From: a bacterium
Lineage (GTDB): Bacteria > Chloroflexota > Dormibacteria > Aeolococcales > Bog-877
DNA length: 60,342 nucleotides
Assembly: GCA_021809895.1 (NCBI GenBank)
Contig: JAJZJU010000001.1
Location: 1-60,342, forward strand
Reading direction: 5' to 3'
A model generated the notes under the pieces. It saw only the letters and a program-made list of their open reading frames with translations. It was not told the DNA's origin and searched no databases. How positions within the stretch are numbered: position 1 is the stretch's first letter; every line of letters begins with the position of its first letter. Both the position numbers and the translations under genes were made by a program. This document shows, one piece after another, positions 35,889 to 44,292 of this stretch.

Positions 35889-36603
35889 GACGGCCACCTG
35901 CGGGGTCTGGTGATCTCGCTTGTGACCGCGGTCCAGTCCGCACGGCGCCACCGATCAGTCCACCCTTGGCTGCCGCAGCTCCGGCCCGTGAGGACGACCC
36001 ATCAACGGCGGCGCCCCAGAGCACGTAGAGCTCGGCGACGGCGTTCGCGGCGGGCATGAACTTCCACCAGCTATGGAAGGTCCACTCCATCGCCTCCCAT
36101 GCGGCTTTGATTGGTCTTCGGCTCCCCTTGGTGGTGAATCCTGGCCCGCCACAGGGACGAGATGCTCAAGCAGGTCGTCGTGGGCCAGTGTGGCGGGGCG
36201 GCCCAGGGTCTGCAACTCTGCCACGTCCAAGTAATTGGCCTTCCAGCGCGGGAGGGATGCGCAGGCGGTCGAGCCCACCGACTAGGACTCACGCTCCGCG
36301 CGGGCGGAGAGCCGCGCCCACGGGTAGTGGCTGGCGGCCATGGCGGCAACCGTAGCCCTCAATGCAGGTTTAGAGGAGGCCCGTCGCTTCGGTGAGACAG
36401 TGCTGGAACTGGGCTTCGAGGTCCAGACCTGCTTATCGCGGCCGCCGCGGACGAAGCGGGCAGCGCAGTCCTCCACCACGACGTCGGCTTCGACCTGGTG
36501 GCCGAGGCCACCGGGCAGCCCAGAGCGTGGAGGGGCCAAGGGCAGCGATCCCTAACATTGCCATCGCACCCGGAAGACTGGCACAGACCGCTAGGGCGGA
36601 GCG

Positions 36604-37347
36604 ATGTCGAGGAGAAGCTCCGTGACCAGACTCAGCGACCATGACCTGACCGAGCGAGAGTACCGGACGACGGACCGGCTCTCGCAGCGTCGCCTCGACC
36701 GCACCGGATGGCTACGAGGCAAAGATGAGCGATTGCTGGCATTGCAGGCGCTGGCCGCGATCGGTCCCTCACGAGTCCTCGATGCAGGGTGTGGCACCGG
36801 AGACTTCGCCGCCCTCATCGCAGCGCCAGAGGTTCTGTGCGTGGACTCATCCGAGGCGGCCGTGAAAGCCACCGAGGCCAAGGGGTTGACCGCCCGAGTC
36901 GCCGATGTCCAGGACCTCCCCTACCCCGACGGATACTTCGATGCGGTGGCCTGCAACTGGGTGCTGCACCACGTCCCCGACCGCCGCAAGGCCATTGCGG
37001 AGTTCGCCCGCGTGCTAACACCATCTGGACGGTTCGTTGGTTGCTACAACGCCCCGGATCACCTCGGCGCGCTGTGGTCAGCGCTTGCCCTCGGCGACGA
37101 TGCGGACGACTTCAACTCGGCCAACGGACCCGGCGAGCTCGCGGAATCCTTCGCCACCGTCGAGGTCAGGGAAGTGTGGGGCCAAGTGCTGTGGGAAGAG
37201 CGAGACGCTCTCCAGACCTATCTCGACGCCTACTCCGAGTTGTATGGGCCGCTGAGCGCCCCCGACGTTTCCTACCCCTTCCGAGCGGCCCGTCATAACG
37301 TCGTCTTCGTTGCTGATCGACCACGTACGCAGGGCGCGAGACCGTAG
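36604..37347 (+). CDS. class I SAM-dependent methyltransferase
   Basis: VLDAGCGTGDFAALI (motif I) and YPDGYFDAVACNWVLHHVPD (motif II/III). Confidence 0.8.
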   Translation: MSRRSSVTRLSDHDLTEREYRTTDRLSQRRLDRTGWLRGKDERLLALQALAAIGPSRVLDAGCGTGDFAALIAAPEVLCVDSSEAAVKATEAKGLTARVADVQDLPYPDGYFDAVACNWVLHHVPDRRKAIAEFARVLTPSGRFVGCYNAPDHLGALWSALALGDDADDFNSANGPGELAESFATVEVREVWGQVLWEERDALQTYLDAYSELYGPLSAPDVSYPFRAARHNVVFVADRPRTQGARP

Positions 37348-37522
37348 AGGTGCCCGCCCGGCGCGTGCCTGCAATCCAGAGCCAAGGGGCCGCTTCCCGC
37401 CCCCATAGGGTGCAGGCAACCGGTGAAGCTCGCGTTGGCCGAGCAGACGTCTGTAGTCGCGGCTCGCTCGCTGGCAGTCATAGCCGCTGCCGAGGGACGC
37501 CGGCTCTTGGCCACCAATTGCT

Positions 37523-38449
37523 TCACTCCTCGAAGGCTCGCCCCACCCATGTGAGGTGCTTGGGCACATCGTCCGGGTCGTCGGCTGCGGCCTCTGCCAG
37601 CCAGGTCAGGGTGAGTACTCGGGTCTGCCACGAGAGCTTCTCCGCGAAGGAGTCACCAAGGGGCCGGTCGTAGCTGGCCAGCACCTGATCGATGAAGGCG
37701 CGATCTCCGACTCCGATGAGACCGACGAAGTCACCTACAGGGTCGCCCACCATCGCATCCGTGAAGTCGATCAGCCCGGTCAGGTGGCCGGTGTCCGGGT
37801 CGATGAGCAGATGATCGGGACAGATGTCGTTGTGAATGAAGCATCGAGGACCCTCCCGGGCCGGCTCTGGAATCGCGCCGGCGAGGTATGGTTCTGCCTT
37901 CTCGAGCAGGTCGTTGGCGAGCAAGGGCCGTACCGACCCCGCCACGCTGATCAGGCGCTCTCTTGCGCTGGGCCAAGCCTCAGCTGCCAGGCCCTCGGGC
38001 GTTCCCGGGATCCGGGCTGGGTCCACCCCGTGAAGGCGGCTCAACGCCCGACCGATCTCCAGCACCAGGCAAGCGGGATCAGCGACCCGGGCCCGATCGG
38101 CCCCCACTCCGGGGAGGCGCCGATAACCGACGAACGGGTAAGGGAAGCGGCGAGATGGCTCGCCGATGAAGTCGAATCGTGGCACCAGCGCGCCCATCAC
38201 CTCTCCGACGACGGTCATGATCTCCACCTCGCGAAGGAGCCACGGCACCCGCTCCGATCGCTTTGGGAAGCGAAGGATCCACTCGGATCCGACGGTGAAC
38301 AGCTCGTTGTCCCAGCCCGCGCCGAGCCAGCGCACCTCGCCACCGGCAAGCGCAGGGAACTGTTCAGCCACCAGCAGCGTGACGGTGGCCGCGTCCAAGT
38401 CGCGGTCCGGCAATCTGTGGCTCACGGCTTGGAGTATCGCGGCCGCCAC
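37523..38449 (-). CDS. APH-family phosphotransferase (aminoglycoside/choline kinase-like)
   Basis: FIHNDICPDHLLIDPDTGHLTGLIDFTDAMVGDPVGDF catalytic loop and DFxD motif. Confidence 0.8.
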   Translation of the reverse strand: MAAAILQAVSHRLPDRDLDAATVTLLVAEQFPALAGGEVRWLGAGWDNELFTVGSEWILRFPKRSERVPWLLREVEIMTVVGEVMGALVPRFDFIGEPSRRFPYPFVGYRRLPGVGADRARVADPACLVLEIGRALSRLHGVDPARIPGTPEGLAAEAWPSARERLISVAGSVRPLLANDLLEKAEPYLAGAIPEPAREGPRCFIHNDICPDHLLIDPDTGHLTGLIDFTDAMVGDPVGDFVGLIGVGDRAFIDQVLASYDRPLGDSFAEKLSWQTRVLTLTWLAEAAADDPDDVPKHLTWVGRAFEE

Positions 38450-38454
38450 GCCGG

Positions 38455-38787
38455 TCAGGAAGCCGAAGCGATGCCAAGAAACACGAGGACAGCACGGTTG
38501 AGACGAGTGAGGTCAAGGTCGTCGAGAACGCCGATCCGCGTCCAGACCTTCAAACGGGAGACGGTCGTCAGTTTGTCCACCATCAGCCGGGAAGTTGCCT
38601 GAAGGCCATTGGACGGGGTGGGCTGGACCTCGAGGCGAAACAGGGGGGCATCCGTCGAATCGGTGGTGAACGGGCAGATGGTCACCGAGTCGGTGTCAAA
38701 GCGATCGTCCTGGACGATCACCGCCGGCCTAGGCTTGCCTGCGTAACCTGACCCCCCGGCGACGGTCCAGATCTCAGCCCGTCTCAC
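38455..38787 (-). CDS. mazF: PemK/MazF-family toxin
   Basis: MRRAEIWTVAGGSGYAGKPRPAVIVQDDRF...VTICPFTTD...ATSRLMVDKLTTVSRLKV. ATGA overlap with the upstream antitoxin. Confidence 0.8.
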   Translation of the reverse strand: MRRAEIWTVAGGSGYAGKPRPAVIVQDDRFDTDSVTICPFTTDSTDAPLFRLEVQPTPSNGLQATSRLMVDKLTTVSRLKVWTRIGVLDDLDLTRLNRAVLVFLGIASAS

Positions 38788-39002
38788 TCATCGGGCCAAG
38801 TGGAGACAGCATCGACAAACGCTTGATCCTCGACCGCAGAGCTGCTCTCGGCGACCGCTCGCGACTGACGGTGGGCCTCCTCGGCGAATCCGGGCGCGCG
38901 GACATCTGGTACCCAGATCTGGACTGGGCGGAGGCCCTGCTGCGCCAGTCGTGATCGATGCTCGCGCACCCTCTTAGCGGACCCTGCACTCGTGATCGCC
39001 AA
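38784..39002 (-). CDS. mazE: MazE-like antitoxin (DUF3018 type)
   Basis: KRVREHRSRLAQQGLRPVQIWVPDVRAPGFAEEAHRQSRAVAES...DQAFVDAVS matches the DUF3018 pattern. TTG start. Confidence 0.75.
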   Translation of the reverse strand: MAITSAGSAKRVREHRSRLAQQGLRPVQIWVPDVRAPGFAEEAHRQSRAVAESSSAVEDQAFVDAVSTWPDE

Positions 39003-39010
39003 CCCCCTGT

Positions 39011-39022
39011 GTTACATGTAAC
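39011..39022. promoter_or_regulatory. perfect 12-bp palindrome GTTACATGTAAC, candidate MazE operator
   Basis: Separated by 8 nt from the mazE TTG start (39002), on its upstream side. Confidence 0.4.
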
Positions 39023-39350
39023 GATAGCAGAAAGCAGCGCGGTCAGTTACGAACCATGTCCACAACGGGCCCCTGTCGCGCCAGCGAGTCGTCCACAGAG
39101 TTGGCTCTCACCACCGCCGAGCCTCATTCGCCACGCGCCGAGCGCGGGGGGAGGCGGCGGACTCGCCTTTCGCCTCACACGGTTCGTTGCAGGGCCACCG
39201 GTGTCACCACGGCGTCGGCGGCACCGAGTGGTTCGAGGTGCACCAGCACTTTGGCCGAGATGGCGGCCAGCCCGGGGGCGGCTGACGCATCCTCAACACA
39301 TGCGCGACGGGCCGTGACCAGTGGATGGCAATACCGGGTATACTGAGCCT

Positions 39351-39587
39351 GTGGCTAAGGTCATGGTGTCACTCCCCAACGATGTGCTGAGAGCCGTCGA
39401 CATGGAGGCAAGCCGCCGAGGAACCACCCGCAGCGGGCTCCTGCGGGAACTGGCTGAGAGCGCCATGCGAAGCCGCAGCCTCAAGAGGGCGGAACGCATG
39501 GCCGAGATCGACAGTCTCGGTGGCCATCCTAAGGGTCACGGAGGTCATGTGGCGGAACTGGTCAAGACGACCAGACCGGAACCTTGA
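39351..39587 (+). CDS. vapB: ribbon-helix-helix antitoxin VapB (possibly leaderless)
   Basis: VAKVMVSLPNDVLRAVDMEASRRGTTRSGLLRELAESA RHH motif. TATACT at 39339-39344 lies 6 nt before GTG 39351. ATG 39363 is an alternative start. Confidence 0.7.
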   Translation: MAKVMVSLPNDVLRAVDMEASRRGTTRSGLLRELAESAMRSRSLKRAERMAEIDSLGGHPKGHGGHVAELVKTTRPEP

Positions 39588-40009
39588 CCCTTTGGCTGGT
39601 CGATGCGAGCGTCCTTCTCGCTCGAGAGGATTTGGACGACGCCAACCACACCCAAGCCGTCCAGCTGCTTGCCGGTCCTGACCCCCTTGCCACCCTGGAT
39701 CTGGCGTTCTACGAGGTGACCAACGTGGCGGTGCGTTCCTGGCATGACGAATCGGCAGCGCGCCGGTTGTGTGAGCGAATTAGTGCGGTGGCGGACGATG
39801 GCGGCCTAGTCCGGGCCGACTCGCAGCTCCTCGTGAATGCGGCGCTCATCGCTGCAGAGCATGGGATCTCGGCCTACGACGCCGCCTATGTGGCGGCCGC
39901 TCGGAGCGCGAACTGCCAGCTCGTGAGCTGTGATGTGCGCGACCTCGTGTCGCGGGGCTTGGCTTGCCTCCCCACTGACGCCATTTCCGGGCCGCCAAGC
40001 CCCCGGTAG
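39584..40009 (+). CDS. vapC: PIN-domain toxin VapC
   Basis: LWLVDASVLLAREDLDD..., ...FYEVTNV..., ...ISAYDAAYVAAARSANCQLVSCD. TTGA overlap with vapB. Confidence 0.8.
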   Translation: MTLWLVDASVLLAREDLDDANHTQAVQLLAGPDPLATLDLAFYEVTNVAVRSWHDESAARRLCERISAVADDGGLVRADSQLLVNAALIAAEHGISAYDAAYVAAARSANCQLVSCDVRDLVSRGLACLPTDAISGPPSPR

Positions 40010-40192
40010 GCCGGCCCCAGAGGTACGTGCGCTGCCTCGGCTGGACGCGATTTCCTCAACTCTTAACGGCCGCCTGGTGGCCGCCCCCCGAAGCTCAAAC
40101 GAACATGATCCGAAAGGGACGTCGATAAGAGCTATTGTGTAGCGCTACCTCAAGGTCAGGTGCTGGTATGAACTCGGCAACCGGCGCTTTCA

Positions 40193-40236
40193 TAAGCTGC
40201 CTGACTCTGGAACAAGAGATCCGGGTGCCGACCACA
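40193..40236 (+). repeat. decayed copy of tRNA-Gln anticodon-arm to T-arm segment (putative distal att site)
   Basis: taagctGCCTGACTCTGGAaCAaGAGATCcGgGtgcCGACCaC versus the tRNA gtaaggcGCCTGACTCTGGAtCAgGAGATCgGaGgttCGACCcC. There is a 13/13 identical core and roughly three quarters identity overall, by eye. Confidence 0.5.
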
Positions 40237-40258
40237 TGAGGCGGCGACGGTCGCCATC

Positions 40259-40903
40259 TTATGGCAGTGGAGCCAAGCCGCTCCTACCGACCTCGATCTC
40301 CAAGGTCGGCGGGATCACCATACGGCGACCTCCAGCTCGGAACCGCACAGTCACCTCTACGCGGTAGAAGCCCGCCCGCCGGGGCACCGGAAAATCGAAC
40401 GCCTGGGTTGCTGCCCCGCCTGCAATGCAGTATTGGGGGAGAGGTTGAGAGGCGACAGCAACGGCTGCGCCGCGGCTGTCGATGTAGGCCACGGCAAAGC
40501 TCGGGCCGCCGCAGTAATTGGGAAGAAGTCGACCGTCTGGTGTGGTGACCTGAACTCGCAGCGTGGCCCCGGCTCTTCGGGCTGACAGCTGCCAACCGTC
40601 GCGTCGAGCGGTGGCGATCACTCTGGGCAGCGTGGGCTGGCCACGACCCTGGCTCTGTCCCCCGCCGCAGCCGCTCAGAGAGAGCGCAACCGTGGCCGCG
40701 AGGGCTGGGCCGACCCACCGCCGATCCCGTGGCGGCTGCCAGGGCTCTTGCCCACAGGAAAGGGCAGGCGGTAGGCCCCTCAGTGGTTGGGAGCGGGTCG
40801 TCCCTGCTTCAACGCGCACGGTGAAGCCGGTCGGTGGCCACGGCCTCGGGCAGGTCGACCATAGGATGCCGATACTGGCAGGTCCGGAGAAAATCTGCCA
40901 CAT
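40259..40903 (-). CDS. hypothetical lipoprotein
   Basis: RRWVGPALAATVALSLSGCGG lipobox. The track ORF (to 41059) would overlap upp, so ATG 40903 is chosen. The start remains uncertain. Confidence 0.5.
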   Translation of the reverse strand: MWQIFSGPASIGILWSTCPRPWPPTGFTVRVEAGTTRSQPLRGLPPALSCGQEPWQPPRDRRWVGPALAATVALSLSGCGGGQSQGRGQPTLPRVIATARRDGWQLSARRAGATLRVQVTTPDGRLLPNYCGGPSFAVAYIDSRGAAVAVASQPLPQYCIAGGAATQAFDFPVPRRAGFYRVEVTVRFRAGGRRMVIPPTLEIEVGRSGLAPLP

Positions 40904-40970
40904 CGGTCGGCCGGGACTCAGACTACGAAGGTCGGCCCGCGTGCGGCAGCCGACGTGGCGGTGGCACCTC

Positions 40971-41651
40971 TCATTCGCGGGTAGAAGAACGTGCCGCGGT
41001 CGAACCACTCGCCAAGCCATCCCCGGGTGGTCCGAACAGCCGGTCGCCAGCGTCGCCAAGGCCCGGGATGATGTAGCCTCGGTGATCGAGGGCCTGATCC
41101 ACCGCCGCGCAGACCACTTTCACCCCAGGCATTCCCGCTGAGAAGGCGTTGAGACCGGGTTCAGAGGCCACCAGGCAGACGGCGATGATGTCGGAGGCAC
41201 CCCGACGCTCGATCAGGGCGCACGCCTGCACCAGCGATCCCCCCGTGGCCAGCATGGGGTCGCAGACCAGCACGCGTCGCCGGGCGAGGTCGGCAGGGAG
41301 GCCGTCCAGATAGCAGACTGCATCGAGAGTGTTCTCGTCACGCTTCATCCCGAGATGAGCGACCTCACAGTCGGGCGCCACCCGCTCCACGCCAGGGACC
41401 ATGCCCAAACCAGCCCGCAGGATCGGCACCACCAGCACCTCTTCCGCGATGGTCGACCCCTGGGCTGTCCCGACCGGGGTTTGAATGGAGGCTGTGGAGA
41501 TGCGGAGATCACCCAGCGCTTCATAGGCGAGGAACATGGAAACCTCTGCCATCAGGACCCGAAAGCGATCGCGACCCGTCCTCTCATCCCGGAGCTCGCT
41601 CAGTCGGTGAGCCACCGCGGGATGGGAGACCACTGTCACCTGGCGGTTCAT
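40971..41651 (-). CDS. upp: uracil phosphoribosyltransferase
   Basis: MNRQVTVVSHPAVAHRLSELRDERT..., VLVCDPMLATGGS PRPP motif, YIIPGLGDAGDRLFG C-terminal motif. About 20 aa C-terminal extension. Confidence 0.9.
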   Translation of the reverse strand: MNRQVTVVSHPAVAHRLSELRDERTGRDRFRVLMAEVSMFLAYEALGDLRISTASIQTPVGTAQGSTIAEEVLVVPILRAGLGMVPGVERVAPDCEVAHLGMKRDENTLDAVCYLDGLPADLARRRVLVCDPMLATGGSLVQACALIERRGASDIIAVCLVASEPGLNAFSAGMPGVKVVCAAVDQALDHRGYIIPGLGDAGDRLFGPPGDGLASGSTAARSSTRE

Positions 41652-41792
41652 GAGGTGCCATGATCGCTGCTGGGGGGGCACCGCTGCAGCTCGCGATCAG
41701 GCGGCGGGGAAAGTGGCGCAGTGGTGCAATGTAGAGGACAGAGGACATGGCCACTGCGGGGCTTGGCGACCCGCGCAACAAGGAGAGTAGGC

Positions 41793-42191
41793 GTGAAGTA
41801 CGTACAGACGATAGAGCTCCATGAGCCATTTGCGGACGCATGCCTGCGGGTGGAGGCCGCCTTCAAGGAACAGGGGTTCGGTGTGCTCACCACGATCGAT
41901 GTCGATGAGGTGCTGCAGGAAAAGCTGAAAAAGGCGATGCCGTCATATCGCATATACGGAGTCTGCAATCCCGTGCTTGCCGACCGGGCCCTGACCGCGG
42001 ATCCTGAGGTCGGGGTGATGCTCCCCTGCTCAGTTGTGGTGCGCGCGCACGCCAAGGAGGCGACCGCCGTCAGCATCTTGAGCCCGGCCGTGATCCGCGA
42101 GATGGGTCCACTGCCTGAAGTGGAGCAGGTGATGGCCGACGCCGTCACTCGCATCAGCGCAGCGGTGGCGGCGCTGGCGCCCACCCCGTGA
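41793..42191 (+). CDS. DUF302-family protein
   Basis: GTG 41793 follows AAGGAGAG. ...FGVLTTIDVDEVLQEKLKKAMPSYRIYGVCNPVLADRAL...MLPCSVVV matches the DUF302 pattern. Confidence 0.75.
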   Translation: MKYVQTIELHEPFADACLRVEAAFKEQGFGVLTTIDVDEVLQEKLKKAMPSYRIYGVCNPVLADRALTADPEVGVMLPCSVVVRAHAKEATAVSILSPAVIREMGPLPEVEQVMADAVTRISAAVAALAPTP

Positions 42192-42320
42192 TCGGCCCTG
42201 GCAGCGACGCCCCGGAGAGCTAGATGTGCTCTCAACGAGGGCTATGCTCACAGCGGTGGAACGTAAGTGACTCCACTCCTGGTAGCGCTCACCGGTCGAA
42301 TCTGACCCGGACGCAAGGAA

Positions 42321-42356
42321 GGCCGGGGGTTGGCCTCCACGGAGGCGCCCCCGGCC
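42321..42356. terminator. GC-rich hairpin between convergent genes (bidirectional terminator candidate)
   Basis: GGCCGGGGG (42321-42329) pairs with CCCCCGGCC (42348-42356), with an inner GCCTCC/GGAGGC stem. No clear U-tract. Confidence 0.45.
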
Positions 42357-42386
42357 CGGTCGCGAAGGGCGAAATCTCTTGCGCGC

Positions 42387-43061
42387 TCAGCCGGCCACGG
42401 TCATGGTGCCGGCCATGTAGCCGGTCAATCCCATCGGCTCCCCCATGCCGCCAGATCCGCTACCACAGGGATCCATGCACAACCACTGGTACGTGCCAGC
42501 CTTACCGGTCTTGATGGTGAATGTGATGCGGGACTGTCCCGCCATGGGAACGTTGATCCCGAGGGCCGGGATGGTGAGCGTGTGCGCCACCAGGGCGGGA
42601 GCGAGATAGCTCATGGTGTGGGCATTCCCCAGCAGCGTGTTCGGCGCCTTGGGGTTGATGGCCTGCACCTGCATGGTGCCCCCCACGGTGCCCGTCACCT
42701 TGGAGTACTTGACCAGCCCACCGGTGAGGGCGGTCGCGGTGTCGAAATCAGTCACTGTCACCTTAATCGTGGAGTTGGCCGGGACCGTGAAGGAGCTGGG
42801 TACATAGGCGGGCCCAAGGGCTCCCGACCCCATCATCTCGCCGGTCACAATCGACAGGTTCAGGGTTGCCTGGGTCGTCCCACTGGACGCGCCCACCGGC
42901 ACCGCCGCCTGCGAGATCTTCAGATGCCCACCCCACCCCGAGGCGTATCCGCCGATCAGAACTACGGCCGCCATCAGGACCGCCGCAATGGCGACCCCCA
43001 TCACCCACATACCAGGCTCACGTTCCTGGCTCGAACCTGCCGCTGACGTTCTAGCTGCCAC
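42387..43061 (-). CDS. membrane-anchored cupredoxin-like domain protein
   Basis: N-terminal TM (VMGVAIAAVLMAAVVLIGG). C-terminal ...HTLTIPALGINVPM...GTYQWLCMDPCGSGSGGMGEPMGLTGYMAGTMTV resembles the CuA/cupredoxin C-x3-C...M arrangement. Confidence 0.5.
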   Translation of the reverse strand: MAARTSAAGSSQEREPGMWVMGVAIAAVLMAAVVLIGGYASGWGGHLKISQAAVPVGASSGTTQATLNLSIVTGEMMGSGALGPAYVPSSFTVPANSTIKVTVTDFDTATALTGGLVKYSKVTGTVGGTMQVQAINPKAPNTLLGNAHTMSYLAPALVAHTLTIPALGINVPMAGQSRITFTIKTGKAGTYQWLCMDPCGSGSGGMGEPMGLTGYMAGTMTVAG

Positions 43062-43257
43062 TCTTCACTTCCTTTCCTAAGACACGGGTCGCTGTCATCC
43101 ATGCTGACCGCCGAGTAAGAAGAGACAAAGGGGGGTAACCCCAGCTACCACCAGGTGTATTCACCCGGGTCTGACCCCAGGTCAAAGATCCAAGACCTTA
43201 GTCCTCGGGCTATCCTCAGGCAGAGGTGGTTCAGCACTGTCCACGCAGGAGGCTCGC

Positions 43258-44292
43258 ATGAGGATTGGGGTACTAACCGGCGGAGGTGACGCCCCCGGCC
43301 TCAACGCCGCCATCAGGGCCGTGGCCCGCAAGGCGCTCGCCGATGGCAACGAGGTGGCAGGTGTGCGCAATGGCTGGGCGGGGCTGGTGCGGGACCAGGG
43401 TGTTGGTCTCATCGACCCCCACCAGGTGTCGGGGGTGCTGGCCGTCGGCGGCACGATGCTCGGCACCTCCAGGGTCAACCCGCTTTCAGATGAGTCGGCG
43501 ATGGCCGCGGTGATCGACCACTTCCGCAGCGAAGGTCTGGACGCCCTGATCGCCATCGGCGGTGACGACACCCTGTCCGTGGCCCGGGCCCTTTCGGATC
43601 GTGGACTACCGGTGGTAGGGGTTCCCAAGACCATGGACAACGACCTGCAGGTGACCGAGTATTGCATTGGCTTCGACAGCGCCGTGGCCATCGTCACCGA
43701 GGCTCTGGACCGCCTTCACACCACCGCCGCCGCCCACCATCGAGTGATGGTGGTGGAGGTAATGGGGCGTGACACCGGATGGGTCGCGGTGATGGGCGGG
43801 CTGGCTGGTGGCGCAGACCTGATCGTCATTCCGGAGTTCCCGGTGAGCTTGCAGGACATCGTGGCCCACCTCCGGTCCCGCCGGGAACGGGGCCGCGACT
43901 TCAGCATCGTGGTGGTCGCCGAGGGGGCCCGGATCGATGGCCTGGCGGAGGCGACCGCGGAGACCGGACCCCGCGACGCGTTCGGCCATCTGTTGCTGAG
44001 CCGAAGAGGGGTGGGCCCGCAGCTCGCCGACGGGATCGAGACCGAGACCGGCTTCGAGGCCCGGGTGACGGTTTTGGGTTACACCCAAAGAGGGGGGGCC
44101 CCGACGGCTTACGACCGCATCTGGGCGACCCGGGTGGGAGCTGCCGGATACGACTTGGCCGTGAGCAGCGAGTTCGGACGCATCCCGGTCAAGCGTGGCG
44201 ATGGGATTGCCACCGCCGAGCTGGCGGAGGTGGTAGCGGGTCAGCGTCGAGTGCCAGAAGACCTCTACAGGTTGGCCGAAGTCTTCTACTAA
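43258..44292 (+). CDS. pfkA: 6-phosphofructokinase (PfkA family; residues suggest PPi dependence)
   Basis: MRIGVLTGGGDAPGLNAAIRAV, IAIGGDDTLSVA, VGVPKTMDNDL, MGRDTGW motifs. Confidence 0.9.
   Translation: MRIGVLTGGGDAPGLNAAIRAVARKALADGNEVAGVRNGWAGLVRDQGVGLIDPHQVSGVLAVGGTMLGTSRVNPLSDESAMAAVIDHFRSEGLDALIAIGGDDTLSVARALSDRGLPVVGVPKTMDNDLQVTEYCIGFDSAVAIVTEALDRLHTTAAAHHRVMVVEVMGRDTGWVAVMGGLAGGADLIVIPEFPVSLQDIVAHLRSRRERGRDFSIVVVAEGARIDGLAEATAETGPRDAFGHLLLSRRGVGPQLADGIETETGFEARVTVLGYTQRGGAPTAYDRIWATRVGAAGYDLAVSSEFGRIPVKRGDGIATAELAEVVAGQRRVPEDLYRLAEVFY

Larger units (their letters stand above)
18251..40236. mobile_element. putative integrated genomic island at tRNA-Gln (integrase-proximal end 18251; distal end marked by a decayed tRNA-Gln fragment)
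   Basis: The tRNA is followed by an AT-richer spacer and a tyrosine recombinase. A 44-nt tRNA-Gln-like repeat lies at 40193-40236. The interior is accessory or decayed genes, and the flanks are housekeeping (gltX, upp). Confidence 0.55.

Noticed and set aside
40881-40905. SRP-RNA-like string (GGCAGGTCCGGAG)
   Set aside because: It is a short match inside or next to a coding region, without the conserved SRP domain IV helix context.
40904-41059. Full-length 266-aa version of the lipoprotein ORF
   Set aside because: It would overlap the upp 3' end by 89 nt, and the extra N-terminus is Arg/His/Cys-rich. An internal start before the RRW...LSGC signal peptide is more plausible.
42240-42320. tRNA-like T-loop string (GGTCGAATC) downstream of the DUF302 gene
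   Set aside because: I could not fold a cloverleaf (no acceptor or anticodon stems). It is probably chance similarity within a terminator region.
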